In this document: piece after piece, positions 43,601-55,600 of the stretch | How the letters are laid out: each line of letters opens with the position of its first letter | Position numbering within the stretch: position 1 is the first letter of the stretch | Origin: Phoronis australis | Taxonomy: Eukaryota > Animalia > Phoronida | Reading direction: 5' to 3' | DNA length: 64,000 nucleotides | Assembly: GCA_002633005.1 (NCBI GenBank) | Contig: NMRA01000630.1 | Coordinates: 62,001-126,000 of the forward strand | The notes under the pieces: generated by a model | What the model saw: only the letters and a program-made list of their open reading frames with translations | Told to the model about the DNA's origin: nothing | The model's database searches: none | Made by a program: the position numbers and the translations under genes

Positions 43601-46600
43601 CCAGTTATGAGCCCAGGATGTGCTCGTGCAGTCTTGTTTAAATATTTTTCTTCTGTTTTACAAACTATTTGGGCTCATAAAGGGATGAGACTTTTATTCT
43701 GCTGTTGGTTAATATAAAATTGATAAACTATTATATAACAGTTCAGGAAAATGAAAATTGATTACACTATTATGTAAGCTGTTGTTATTCGGCAATTTCT
43801 TATTGTCTATGAATAATTATCATACAAACTAGCCTTTCTCAAAGTTTTTGTTGATGCAAATCAATGGTTAACTATTGCTTCATTTTACAAATTGTACCTT
43901 CAGATATTGGTCAAAAAGTCCTACTCTTGGTTTTTCTAAACCTTTCAAATTGTGTATTGAAACGTCTGACCTAGAATAAAGTACTTAAAGAATAACCATA
44001 AAGAGCAGCAAATTGTTGTTATTCAATAACATTTGTTGTTGGTTATTCAATAACATTGGTTTCAGAAAATAATCATAAAGTCTTGGATAACCAGTCCAAT
44101 GATATCATACTGTAAACTGCCTCTCATAGTGTCCCTCAATAGTTCAGTATACTGTAACTGATATTATCACTCAGAACAATCTGTAAGGGGTATTATAAGG
44201 CTGTGGCTCCTAATCCAATCAAAACTGCACACTGCATCCAGACAAGAGTCCAGGGCATTAATGTTTTGTTCTTTTGATGCCTTGTTGAGTTATGACTACT
44301 TTGCAGTAATCCTAATTTCAATATTGTGATTGCCTGCACTGGGTGAACAAAAGATAAGTTCTGTAGGACAAAAGGCCGCTTGTTTGTGTTTATATTGTGG
44401 CCATTGATAGGAAAACACACTGCCTGTTAACTGTTCCTTTGTATGTCTAATGTTATGGGAGAGATTGTTGTTGATTACAACAGAGGTTCCTAACCCCTTC
44501 ACTAGAGTGTATGAGAATTCGATCCAGTTTGGCAGGCTTTTTGCATCTGTTGGTATCAGACATGTGCGGGAGTTGACGATGTTCCCTATAGAGAAGTCAG
44601 CGGTACAAGCTCGGTTGTCATGTTGGTAACAATATTTACGACGCATCATCCTGCTGAGTCAGTGGTAATGTTGTAAGGAAGTTGTGTTGTGAGGTTTTGG
44701 AGAAGATTCACGCTTGAGTACTGTGAACTGAGTCCAAGTAAAGATATACTCTCTTGTGAAGGCGATCATTGGATGTCTGGTTGTGCTGTGCACGACAAGC
44801 TTTGTGGCTCGGGAGGACTTGTCGAGAATGCTTGTTAGACTTTATATTCTGAAATTTTTATAAAAAACACATAAGGTATGCTGAGTTTGGATGACTTTGT
44901 GTTGCTCTTTGGTCACCCGCGAGCTCACTCTTCGTTTTATTTGAAATTATCCTGGCTTTTGTTCTGCAGTTTCTGTTTGTTGGTGTTGGAATTACATTTT
45001 GTAGAGTCATATTTTGTGAATGGGATATATTCAATGAAGGTCTCTTAAATAGAAAACAGCTAACAACATTTTTATACGTTTCATTGTCAAATTAAATCTC
45101 CCATTACTAGAAATTTAACAAATATTAGCCAGTCTTCACTAAACAAGGAAATGGCGATTTCGAGTTTTGTTAATTTACTGTATGTTTCGATTCTGAGTTT
45201 TGACGATTCTCTGTGGATATAAATATTGACGTTGGACATTTGAGGAATTACCCAAACATTGGAATCGGAAATCTGTCCGGATCAGTGTTTGACTTTACTT
45301 TTACTCCGTTTACACGATTTTAGTTACACAAACTCTTACAATTTTTAATTTACTGCGGTTGTTTGGAGACTGTAGTGCTCGTGTTTGGACAAGGTGGTGT
45401 GTTATCAACCTCATGCAAACAGATTTAGTCTCAAGTGCAATATTAGATCTTTGTGTGCTGGGACAGCTTGTAAATCTGGTTGGATTAACCTGCCGTTGAC
45501 ATTACAGTATCTGTTGTGAAGACGCGGGCGTAGCTTAGGGTTGTCTGTCCATGAAACTAATTTTTTACGTGTCGTCAGTGATCAATCGTGGTGGGTTATT
45601 GTTGTGGCTATTCAGGATTTATCGCGAGACAGACGTCTTCAAGATTTCGTCATTAAATGTGTCAATGAAAATTTATTTGAAGAAGGTCTGCACATTTAGC
45701 TGTTTTGCAAGTGTTGGAGTGAGGTTTGCAGGAACTGTTTTAGCATCGTAAAGCTGTGAAAGACTGACTAGTGACTATAACTATCTGTAGATAACTCTGA
45801 GTGAAGAAGTATTTGATGGCTTAATACTTTTGTGAGACTGACCTCTTCAGTTTACAGTGATTGAGAGAATTGATCACCATCAGTGTGGTCTCTTATCGGT
45901 GACAGGTGTTGTGAATTTTGTACCAGAAAACCATACAGGTGTTGATTGCATGACCATTTTGTGGATATCAGCAGGATTATATCAGGGCATGTCTGTTTAA
46001 AAAAGTTACTAATAGGTGGGGTTATTAAGTCTGTGAAGAACACATTAGGAAGTCCCATTGGATCACCTAGAGTGAAGTAGGGGTAATAATTGCCCTATTT
46101 GTCCAGTGAGGTGTACTGCTTGTGACAAATTTTAACTGTTTGCCTGGTGTTTTTTGGAAGAGATGCTCTCCTGAACATTGTTTTATGGATGGACAAATGG
46201 TGGGAATTCCATTCACATCTTGGTGTTGTTCTTTTGGAAGTAGAGTTTTTGACATGTGTGCGCAGTCTAATTGAGTTGAAGCTGAATAACAGATTCTCTT
46301 TGAAATGCTTGGAATATCTGTGGTCCTGGGAATACAAAGACTTGCCTGTTGCCTTGGTGACACTGTACAGCCAGTGGGTGAGAGCAAATGAACTCTTTAC
46401 AACAAAGGAGCAAAGCTATTCCAGTATTGGACAAGATTTAGGAACCATTTCAGAACAGAAGATTAAGCAACCAAGATTAGATGTTAAGAATTTGGTTATA
46501 AATGGTCATAAAAACATTTTGAATTGTCAAATGTTGGTGGCTTCAAGCTGTGAGTGCGCAGTTGAGTGGAGTTTTATTTAAGTTATCGGTGAATTTTGAC

Positions 46601-49600
46601 TGACCATAAAGGTAGCGATTTAGAGTACTTTTACTGGTTAGTCAATATGTTTCACTTGGATTCAACGCGAGTCGGTGCTGATAAACAGCGCTCGTCAAGC
46701 GCCATGTACGTTGCAGGTCGGCAGCTTAGGAAGAAGATTGAACTAGTCTGCCGGATGGTATGTAACAGTCACCTCATTACTCAGGGTGATTTTATCATAT
46801 TGTAGGACTACGCTAAAGTCATGCCTGTTTTGCAAGCATGTAATTCTTTACGTTGTCTCTGAAATCTGAGGTCTAATGAAATAGCCCTCTAGGTGGCGCT
46901 CATTATAGGCTCTCTATTTCTTTCATTGAGTGTAGGGTTCTAAATAGATTAGTGTGCTGGTGGCTAATTTAATTCTATATTGGGTGGCAGGCCCCAATTG
47001 TAATGACCTCAAATGGCCTCAAAAAATCTCAATCAATTTCTTTTACTAAGGCAATATACAGAATAAATTAATATAAAAAATCATGCAGGGCTCTATGCTT
47101 AGCACAGCATCAATTTATCAAATGTTAACCTGGCAAAACTCCCAGGTCACTAAACGTGAAGTAGTGTCGCTAAATCTCATTGGCAAGAGCCGAAATGTAT
47201 AATAAACGAGATATCTGAAGTGTAAAGTTGGCAAACTTAAGCAAATGTTCAGTCACTCCCGTTTCTTGTTGTTTTTTGTTTGAACGTAAAATTAGGATTA
47301 TCCAGTGTGCTTGTTGGCGACTGATATACCCCACTATAGGCCCAATATGCAGGCTCACCTCTATGGGCACACAAACTTGACTGGCGCGTTTGGACTTTTT
47401 ATCAGAACCTCAGTGTCATCTGCTAAAAATTACCACTTCTATTCTTGTAAGATTTGTTTTCTTGAGACATGTTTACTTAAATTTAGTTGTGAGCCAGTGC
47501 CGAGAATGTGCAAAATGGCGGGAAGAACTCTGCGCTCACATGAAGTGCTGAGACAGTGTAGGATGGTCAATGTTTCACCTATATACTATAGCTTATATAT
47601 TATATGTTAATTTATTCATGATGGCGGGTAGCATTTCATAATGTGTGAATGAGGAATGGTGTAACAAAAAAGACCAAAATTCTTCCAAAACTTAAGTGGG
47701 AACAGTTAGTATGATAAAGTGAACCCAAGCTCCCTTGATTGTGTGTATTGGGAATTGAAACAACATGCAATAGTGTACTTATGCATTACTCATGTTTGCA
47801 AATCTGTTGCTATGGTTGCAGGATGAAGAGCGCAGAATTGCTTTGGTGATGGCACGGCGGGAGGACGAGAAGAGGAAGGAGTTCACCAAGGCAGCCGTCA
47901 TAAAGGTATGGTGACCTGGCGTGGCACATTTAGAACATGACTGTCAAATGAGATGGCACATTTAGAACACGACTGTCAAATGCGGTGGCACATTTAGAAC
48001 ACAACTGGGTTTAATGGGTGGCACTTTTAGGACATGGTTGGAAAAATGAGGTAGGACGTTTACAAATTTAAATTACAATAAACTTTTAATTGGCTTACTC
48101 AACCAAACAAAGTTTGTCTTAACGTTTCTGCGAATAGAAAATGCGAGCTGGCAAATGACCTGACGTATGTCTTTAGTCACATCAACCAGAGCTGACTCAA
48201 TACAATGTGTGGAAAAGCTGTCCTATGCATTCTTTACAACGTTGGCCAACTCTTTTGAAACCTGGCTGCTTTCCTTAGCTGTGAACTTTGAATTATTTTT
48301 ATCATCATGGTAGAAATCATTTCTGCTGTCGTGGCAAAAAATAATTTTGGAACCAGTTTCTCAGGTTTTCTGGTGACTTTTGTGTCGTATAGTCCACATT
48401 AGGTTGTTGTGCCTGCGTTGCTTCAGAATTTCTTAGAAACAGGGAAGCTTCTCTTTGCCTCTGAAAAAAATTCCATAAAAGGAAATTACATTCAACTTTT
48501 ACTGGCATAGTGGACAAACCGTTGCAAAATTGTTACTCAAAGGCGCATCTTTTTTCAATCTTTTTATCATTACTTCTCTTTTTTCATAAGTTTGTTGGAG
48601 TCTGAAAATACGTTTCCAACTGGTGCCATCTGTTGTCAATTTGGAACACTTGTTTGGCTTGTGTTTGTGTGTTTTCAGTGTCCCGAAGACTCCACTAGAT
48701 TTGTCCTACTGAGATGCCAGGTCAGAGGTCAAACAAACCCCCTGGTGCACGCTGTTTCACTTCCTTAACCCAAAATGTCTCACATATTCATACGCGCACA
48801 ATCCCAGAGTTCCTTGTTAACACGTCACGTTACTGTTGTGTTCCAGTTACAACACTCAAAACATTCCTTTCAAAAGTTTGTGCTTTGTAATGCTGTATAT
48901 ACGAGCTTTTTGTTACAATGATTTTGTGGTATTTTTTGATGTATTGTATNNNNNNNNNNNNNNNNNNNNNNNNNNNNNNNNNNNNNNNNNNNNNNNNNNN
49001 NNNNNNNNNNNNNNNNNNNNNNNNNNNNNNNNNNNNNNNNNNNNNNNNNNNNNNNNNTTATTCATGATGGCGGGTAGCATTTCAGGTTCTTCATTTTCGT
49101 CCTGGAGTCATAATGTGTGGATGAGGAATGCTGTAATGAAGAAGACCAAAATTCTTCCAAAATTTAAGTGGGAACAGTTAGTATGATAAATTGAACCCAA
49201 GCTCCCTTGATTGTGTGTATTGAAACTTGAAACAACATGCAATAGTGTACTTATGCATTACTCATGTTTGCAAATCTGTTGCTATGGTTGCAGGATGAAG
49301 AGCGCAGAATTGCTTTGGTGATGGCGCGGCGGGAGGACGAGAAGAGGAAGGAGTTCACCAAGGCAGCCGTCATAAAGGTATGGTGACCTGGCGTAGCACA
49401 TTTAGAACATGACTGTCAAATGAGGTGGCACATTTAGAACATGACTGTCAGATGAGGTGGCACATTTAGAACACAACTGGGTTTATTGGGTGGCACTTTT
49501 AGGACATGGTCGGAAAAAAATGAGGTAGCACGTTTACAAAATTATAATAAACTTTTAATTGGCTTACTCAACCAAACAAAGTTTGTTTTAACATTTCTGC

Positions 49601-52600
49601 GAATAGAAAATGCGAGCTGGCAAATGACCTGTGTCTTTAGTCACATCAACCAGAGCTGACAAATACGTGTCGAAAAGCTGTCCTATGCATTCTTTACAAC
49701 GTTGGCCAACTCTTTCGAAACCTGGCTACTTTCCTTAGCTTTGATCTTTCAATTATTTTTATCATCATGGTAGAAATCATTACTGCTGTTGTGGCAATAA
49801 ATAATTTTTGAACCAGTTTCTCAGGTTTTCTGGTGACTTTTGTGTCGTACAGCCCACTTTAGGTTGTTGTGCCTGCATTGCTTCAGAATTTCTTAGAAAC
49901 AGGGAAGCTTCTCTTTGCCTCTGAAAAAAAATACATAGTGGACAAACATTTGCAAAATTGTTACTCAAAGGTGCATCGTTTTTCAATCTTTATATCATTA
50001 CTTCTCTTTTTTCATAAGTCTGTTGGAGTCTGAAAATACGTGTCCAACTGGTGCCATCTTTTGTCAATTTGGAACACTTGTTTGGCTTGTGTTTGTGTGT
50101 TTTCAGTGTCCCGAAGACTCCACTAGATTTGTCCTACTGAGATGCCAGGTCAGAGGTCAAACAAACCCCCCGGTGCACGCTGTTTCACTTCCTTAACCCA
50201 AAATGTCTTCTACTCACATGTTCATACGCGCACAATCCCAGAGTTCCTTGTTAACACGTCACGTTACTGTTGTGTTCCAGTTACAACACTCAAAACATTC
50301 CTTTCAAAAGTTTGTGCTTTGTAATGCTGTATATACGAGCTTTTTGTTACAATGATTTTGTGGTATTTTTTGATGTATTGTATATCAATTCCATTATCTA
50401 ACAAAGATTTAGACTTTGAAGCTTTCTATCCATATCATATGTTACTTTTTTGTGCATTTGAAATTGTTACATTATTGTCTTTTAACTGAAAAAATGGCAG
50501 ACTTCTTGTCAAGATTTTGTGTTCATCCAAACAATGGGTTATCTTTTTTACCTCTCCTAGAAAATCAAAGCATTGTTCAGTCGCAGGAGTCCTTCACCAT
50601 GTCGTAGTATGGCTCTTGTGATTGGACGAGGCCGGTCATCTTCCATTGCTTGTATTGAATCACCTGATGTATGGCTCTTGTGATTATTGGACGAGGGTGG
50701 TCATCTTCCACTGCCTGTATGGAATCATGTGATTGAATTTTCAAGGAGTTAACAAAGTTACTGCAAATGTTTGAGACTCAATGAGTGTTCGAGAGCACTT
50801 GTTTTGTAACTGTACACTTAGTATTAGAGTGATCATTGTGATAGTTTTTTGTTACACTATACTACTACAGAAAGCTTATTACTGTTTGAATGTCATTCAT
50901 GGTTTTGGTTTTTCAGGAAAAACGGCGACTTGCCATCGACAATGCCAAGAAACAGTGGGAGGTCATGCAGGGGTCACTGATGAACCGTTCGAGCAAGGTG
51001 GTCAAGATGCCGGAAATCTATGCTAGTCATGTGGCCTCGTATGCTAACGGAAATGCAGTGGAGAGTCGAGTACTGACGGATGATGGGGACGAGTCAGAGT
51101 CAGTGGAACGATGGATGTAAGTTGGGTGTGGTGGATGTTAGCATTGTGTAAGTTGTGTGTGGTGGATGTTAGCATTGTGTAAGTTGGGTGCAGTGGATGT
51201 TAGCATTGTGTAAGTTGTGTGTGGTGGATGTTAGCATTGTGTAAGTTGGGTGCGGAGGATGTTAGCATTGAGCAAGTCGAGTAGTTTTGCACTTTCTGAG
51301 ACCTGAAACTTGGTATGTCAAACTAAGATAAAATGAGTTTGAGTCGGGTTGAACATGCCAGAAATATTAGCCATGAGCTCTTACCTGAACATAGTGCAGT
51401 GGTGGAAAACTATCATTGGTGATGAATTCAAAATCAAAAACTCTATATTACGTGATCCAATTTGAAACTTGCACACATTTGTTAGCCTTTCAACCTTGTA
51501 AATACGATTCTCACAACTTCTGACCTTTTAGCGATGCTGCGAGAGACGCCAATCGAGTGCTGAACCGGCCAATGAGTGCAAGTAGTGTGCACAACGGCAG
51601 TACGCAGTCGACGCCCCGTGAGAGGAGGCGAGAGAAGACGATGAACAAGGCAAACAGATCACGGTCAGAGTCTCGCACGGGACTCAACAGGGTGCCGGAA
51701 AACGATGCCTTGAAGAGGTGAGTATCATTAATTGTTACTTTGAATTTCATTGGCCGTCATCTGAAAACAGGATTTGCTGAAACTACTATTTTGTTGGCAC
51801 ATTTATTTTGTCAAAAATAATAGTATATGAGTTACTATTTAGGGATTCTCAAATTGAAATAGGGAAGCCATTGTATGGTATTTTAGAAAAATTTTGCTAA
51901 ATCCGTAATTATATACTGTCAGATGCATTTCTGTAGAGTACATAGTTTTCACACTGCTTTTTCTGATACATCAAAGCTATCCTGTAATTAAATTATGATA
52001 AACAATGTGTAGAGAGCAAAACGGCCAGTGTAGCTGCCATATTTTTCTTTGACCTAGTCAAGCAATTTGTGCCAATTTCGTGTCATGGTAGCACCTAGTC
52101 TCAATACAGCGCCATATGTTGCAGTAGGTTGGCAGACGGCGATAAGGCAGACGTGTCTCACCTGGCTGAACTCCAGGGGGATGTGCTGAACCTGTATGGC
52201 GTCGGTTCGTTGGACTCGCTCGACCGTAACTGGGGCGTGCAAGCAGCGGGGGCGGTGACCACCATCACGTTCAAGTTCATCCCATTTGCAGAGATCAGCA
52301 AAAACCTTCACAAGATACGCAGCCGGTTCCCCAGTGCTGTGGTGAGTTGTGGGTGCGGACATGTTTGGGGTCATATTGTTTGTACACTTCACTTAACATT
52401 GGAAAACAGTAAATTTATACTGGGTAAAGGGCAAAGTTTTTCGTAATTTGAGGGAAATCACTGGGTTTTATTTTAAATTTTTTCTGAAATCTCGTTCGGC
52501 CGTGGTTGCTAATATATGACTTCTAGTGATGAAGTAATGAATCAAGCTTTGGAGTCACAACTCCAAGTTTTCATGTAAATAAAAAATTGTGTACGAATTT

Positions 52601-55600
52601 AAAACTAGAGCTAAAGTCTGCTGATACATAATCTTGTAAATTTGCTGCGGTGCTGATAAACTAACACTTGTTTTTGTCATCCACTCACGACTCACTTCAT
52701 TGTCCATACTATTGAGCTCCGCAAGAATAGTTCCTGTTCATATTCTGGGCTCAGCTATTCAAAACCCATAGGGGGCAATGGAACAGTAATCGTCTTAGCC
52801 AACACCATAAACTCTTTGTTAATCTGTATTCAGTTGAACTGTCCAGCTGGGACAGTTGTTTGACTAAGAGCAGAGTTCACACAGAACTACTGTCACTGAC
52901 CTTGCACGTCAATTTCAAAATGGCGCATTTTGTGTGAATGGCATTCATGATTTACAACACCTTGAAATTTTCTTTAAAGTTACTAATGTGGACTAAAAAT
53001 AGATTAGTCAAAAGTGGTCTGTTGAATGAAGTGTGGACTGATTAGTCCATATGAGAGCACCTGTGTAATAAATGTCCATTAACCCACAATCCTCTTCAAA
53101 CTTTTCTCATGGTTCACAGAATCTGGTATTTACATCCAACGGTATTGACAGCTTCCACCAGCTGAACGCCCTTGCATCTGTCCGCCGATTAGACAGTATC
53201 ACCATCGAGCCTGAGGGTAACTCCATCACGCAGTTCGTCCTATGGAAGCCCTATCTCATATTCCGTCTGGCTCACTTCCCACTGCGAAAAATCAATGACG
53301 TCGAGGTACGCTGCTGTTGGTTTCCTGTTGTTATCTTTCCAGAAGTATGGCACATCATCCGCTTACACAAACAGTGAAGAACATTGATTTTAGTATGAAA
53401 TCATAAAAAAATATTTTATTTTGTAATAATTTTTCATTTTAAACATACTTGAACTCGTAATATGCTGGACGTCCAAGTGAGTATAACATAGAGAAAGTTA
53501 TGTTACAGTAAGTCCAACTGTTGGTTCCAGAAATTGGGATTTATAATTTTTTCACATCCATGGTTGATATGTTTCGGGTTTTTTAAAACATTATTTGTGG
53601 ATTTTTAGGCAAATCATGGCCTTCACTGAGTCAAATTATTAGAAGGTTCAGATGCTCTGTCCAGGCTGTGAAGCAGCACCATGTATCAACAACCTTCTTN
53701 CAACGGTATTGACAGCTTCCACCAGCTGAACGCCCTTGCATCTGTCCGACGATTAGACAGTATCACCATCGAGCCTGAGGGTAACTCCATCACGCAGTTC
53801 GTCCTATGGAAGCCCTATCTCATATTCCGTCTGGCTCACTTCCCACTGCGAAAAATCAATGATGTCGAGGTACGCTGCTGTTGGTTTCCTGTTGTTATCT
53901 TTCCAGAAGTATGGCACATCATCCGCTTACACAAACAGTGAAGAACATTGATTTTAGTATTAAATCATAAAAAATATTTTATTTTGTAATAATTTTTCAT
54001 TTTAAACATACTTGAACTCGTACTATGCTGGACGTCCAAGTGAGTATAACATAGAGAAAGTTATGTTACAGTAAGTCCAACTGTTGGTTCCAGAAATTGG
54101 GATTTGTAATTTTTTCACATCCATGGTTGATATGTTTCGGGTTTTTTAAAACATTATTTGTGGATTTTTAGGCAAATCATGGCCTTCACTGAGTCAAATT
54201 ATTAGAAGGTTCAGATGCTCTGTCCAGGCTGTGAAGCAGCACCATGTATCAACAACCTTCTTGATCAATTAAGCACAATTCACTCATCCTTACCAGAGAC
54301 CTCAAAAACGTTCCTTGTAGTTGTCTTTTTGCGAGGAAAATGTTTGTTCTATCGTTAATTTTATGGTAATTAACTAATTACTACAGAGCTTGTTCCTTAA
54401 TGAATGAACGACCTCAGCGCCCTCTTTTGGAGGATGTCGTTCTACAAATGCTTTGCAGGATGATGAATTTAGCTTCTTTGTTCAAATGTTGCTGTTCATT
54501 CGCTTTGTTGTTATTGGTTTGTTCATTATCTATGATCTGTAGCGTGTTTGTGTCTCTGTTCAGGTATCGCCGTTGGACATTACCAATGCTGAGCGACTAT
54601 TTGGTCCAGTCAACTATATAACCAGCAAGCTGCCCCAGTCCCGTCTTTTGAAACTTCTCGGTGAATCGAGGTACGCCTGGAGTGGGTTCATATTTTGCTG
54701 TGACAGTCGTCCGACACATACATAAGCTTAGGTCGTGAAGCGTATTTTTAATGATGCTATTAATAAGCTGACTCGTGTAAAAATTAACTTTTCATTCAGG
54801 GCACACTCAACTTATTTATTAATCAGATCAGAAACAATTTGTGTGTTTGGAAAGGATTAATAACCAGTTGGATATTAACTAGTTATACTTGGTGCATATA
54901 ACGTTCGTCTGCAGTAAAACTTGACGAAGTTGATTCCAACATGACGGACATTTATTCCAGTAAAGGGACACATAACCTGACGGGCCGAGATTGCATGAGT
55001 AGAGACAAGCCCAATGCATCACTGACTTTGGGTCCAGTTAATACCAAGATTCGGCTTCGCATGCCTCTAACTTGTGTCATGTTTACTGTAATATTCAGCA
55101 CACTTACTGTTTGTGATATTTTTATGCAGGAAAAAACAGGTGATGGCATTATTTGACGACAAGGCGCGAAAAACCCCTGAAGCCAAGGCAGCAGAGCGGG
55201 GTCATGAAACTGTAGGCCGGGGTGCCCTGCAGTACCATGCGGCGACTAAAGCTGGCTCCAGGGCTCAGGTGAGTGAGAGTCTAACAGATTTGGGTAAAAG
55301 CAGACCTCAAACACTTGTTTTTAGTTGCCATCAAGTCAAAACTCCCCTACATCACGCTAATCAGCAAGGTTTTGTGAAAAAGGACTGATGAGGAGTGCTA
55401 GGTATAGTCCAGCCTAGTGAGTGTTAAAGCGACACCTATTGGGCTGTGTCATGAGAATAGGACAGTCATTCAGTGACTGGTGATACTGTAACATTCAGTC
55501 TCTGTCTGTTTGCCGCATGCTGTCACCACTAGTTGTTTACTGGATAATTGTGATTTCAGGAAGGTTCCAAAGCAGAGGTCGCCAAGTCGTACGTCTCCGA

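Larger units (their letters stand above)
47612..50383. repeat. ~1.3-kb direct duplication (47612-48949 / 49058-50383) either side of a 108-N gap
   Basis: Collinear copies with scattered substitutions and 25-35-nt indels; both copies end exactly at the gap. Confidence 0.95.

Noticed and set aside
46147-46581. 144-aa intronic ORF
   Set aside because: No RT, transposase or other motif recognised, and no supporting splice or Kozak context
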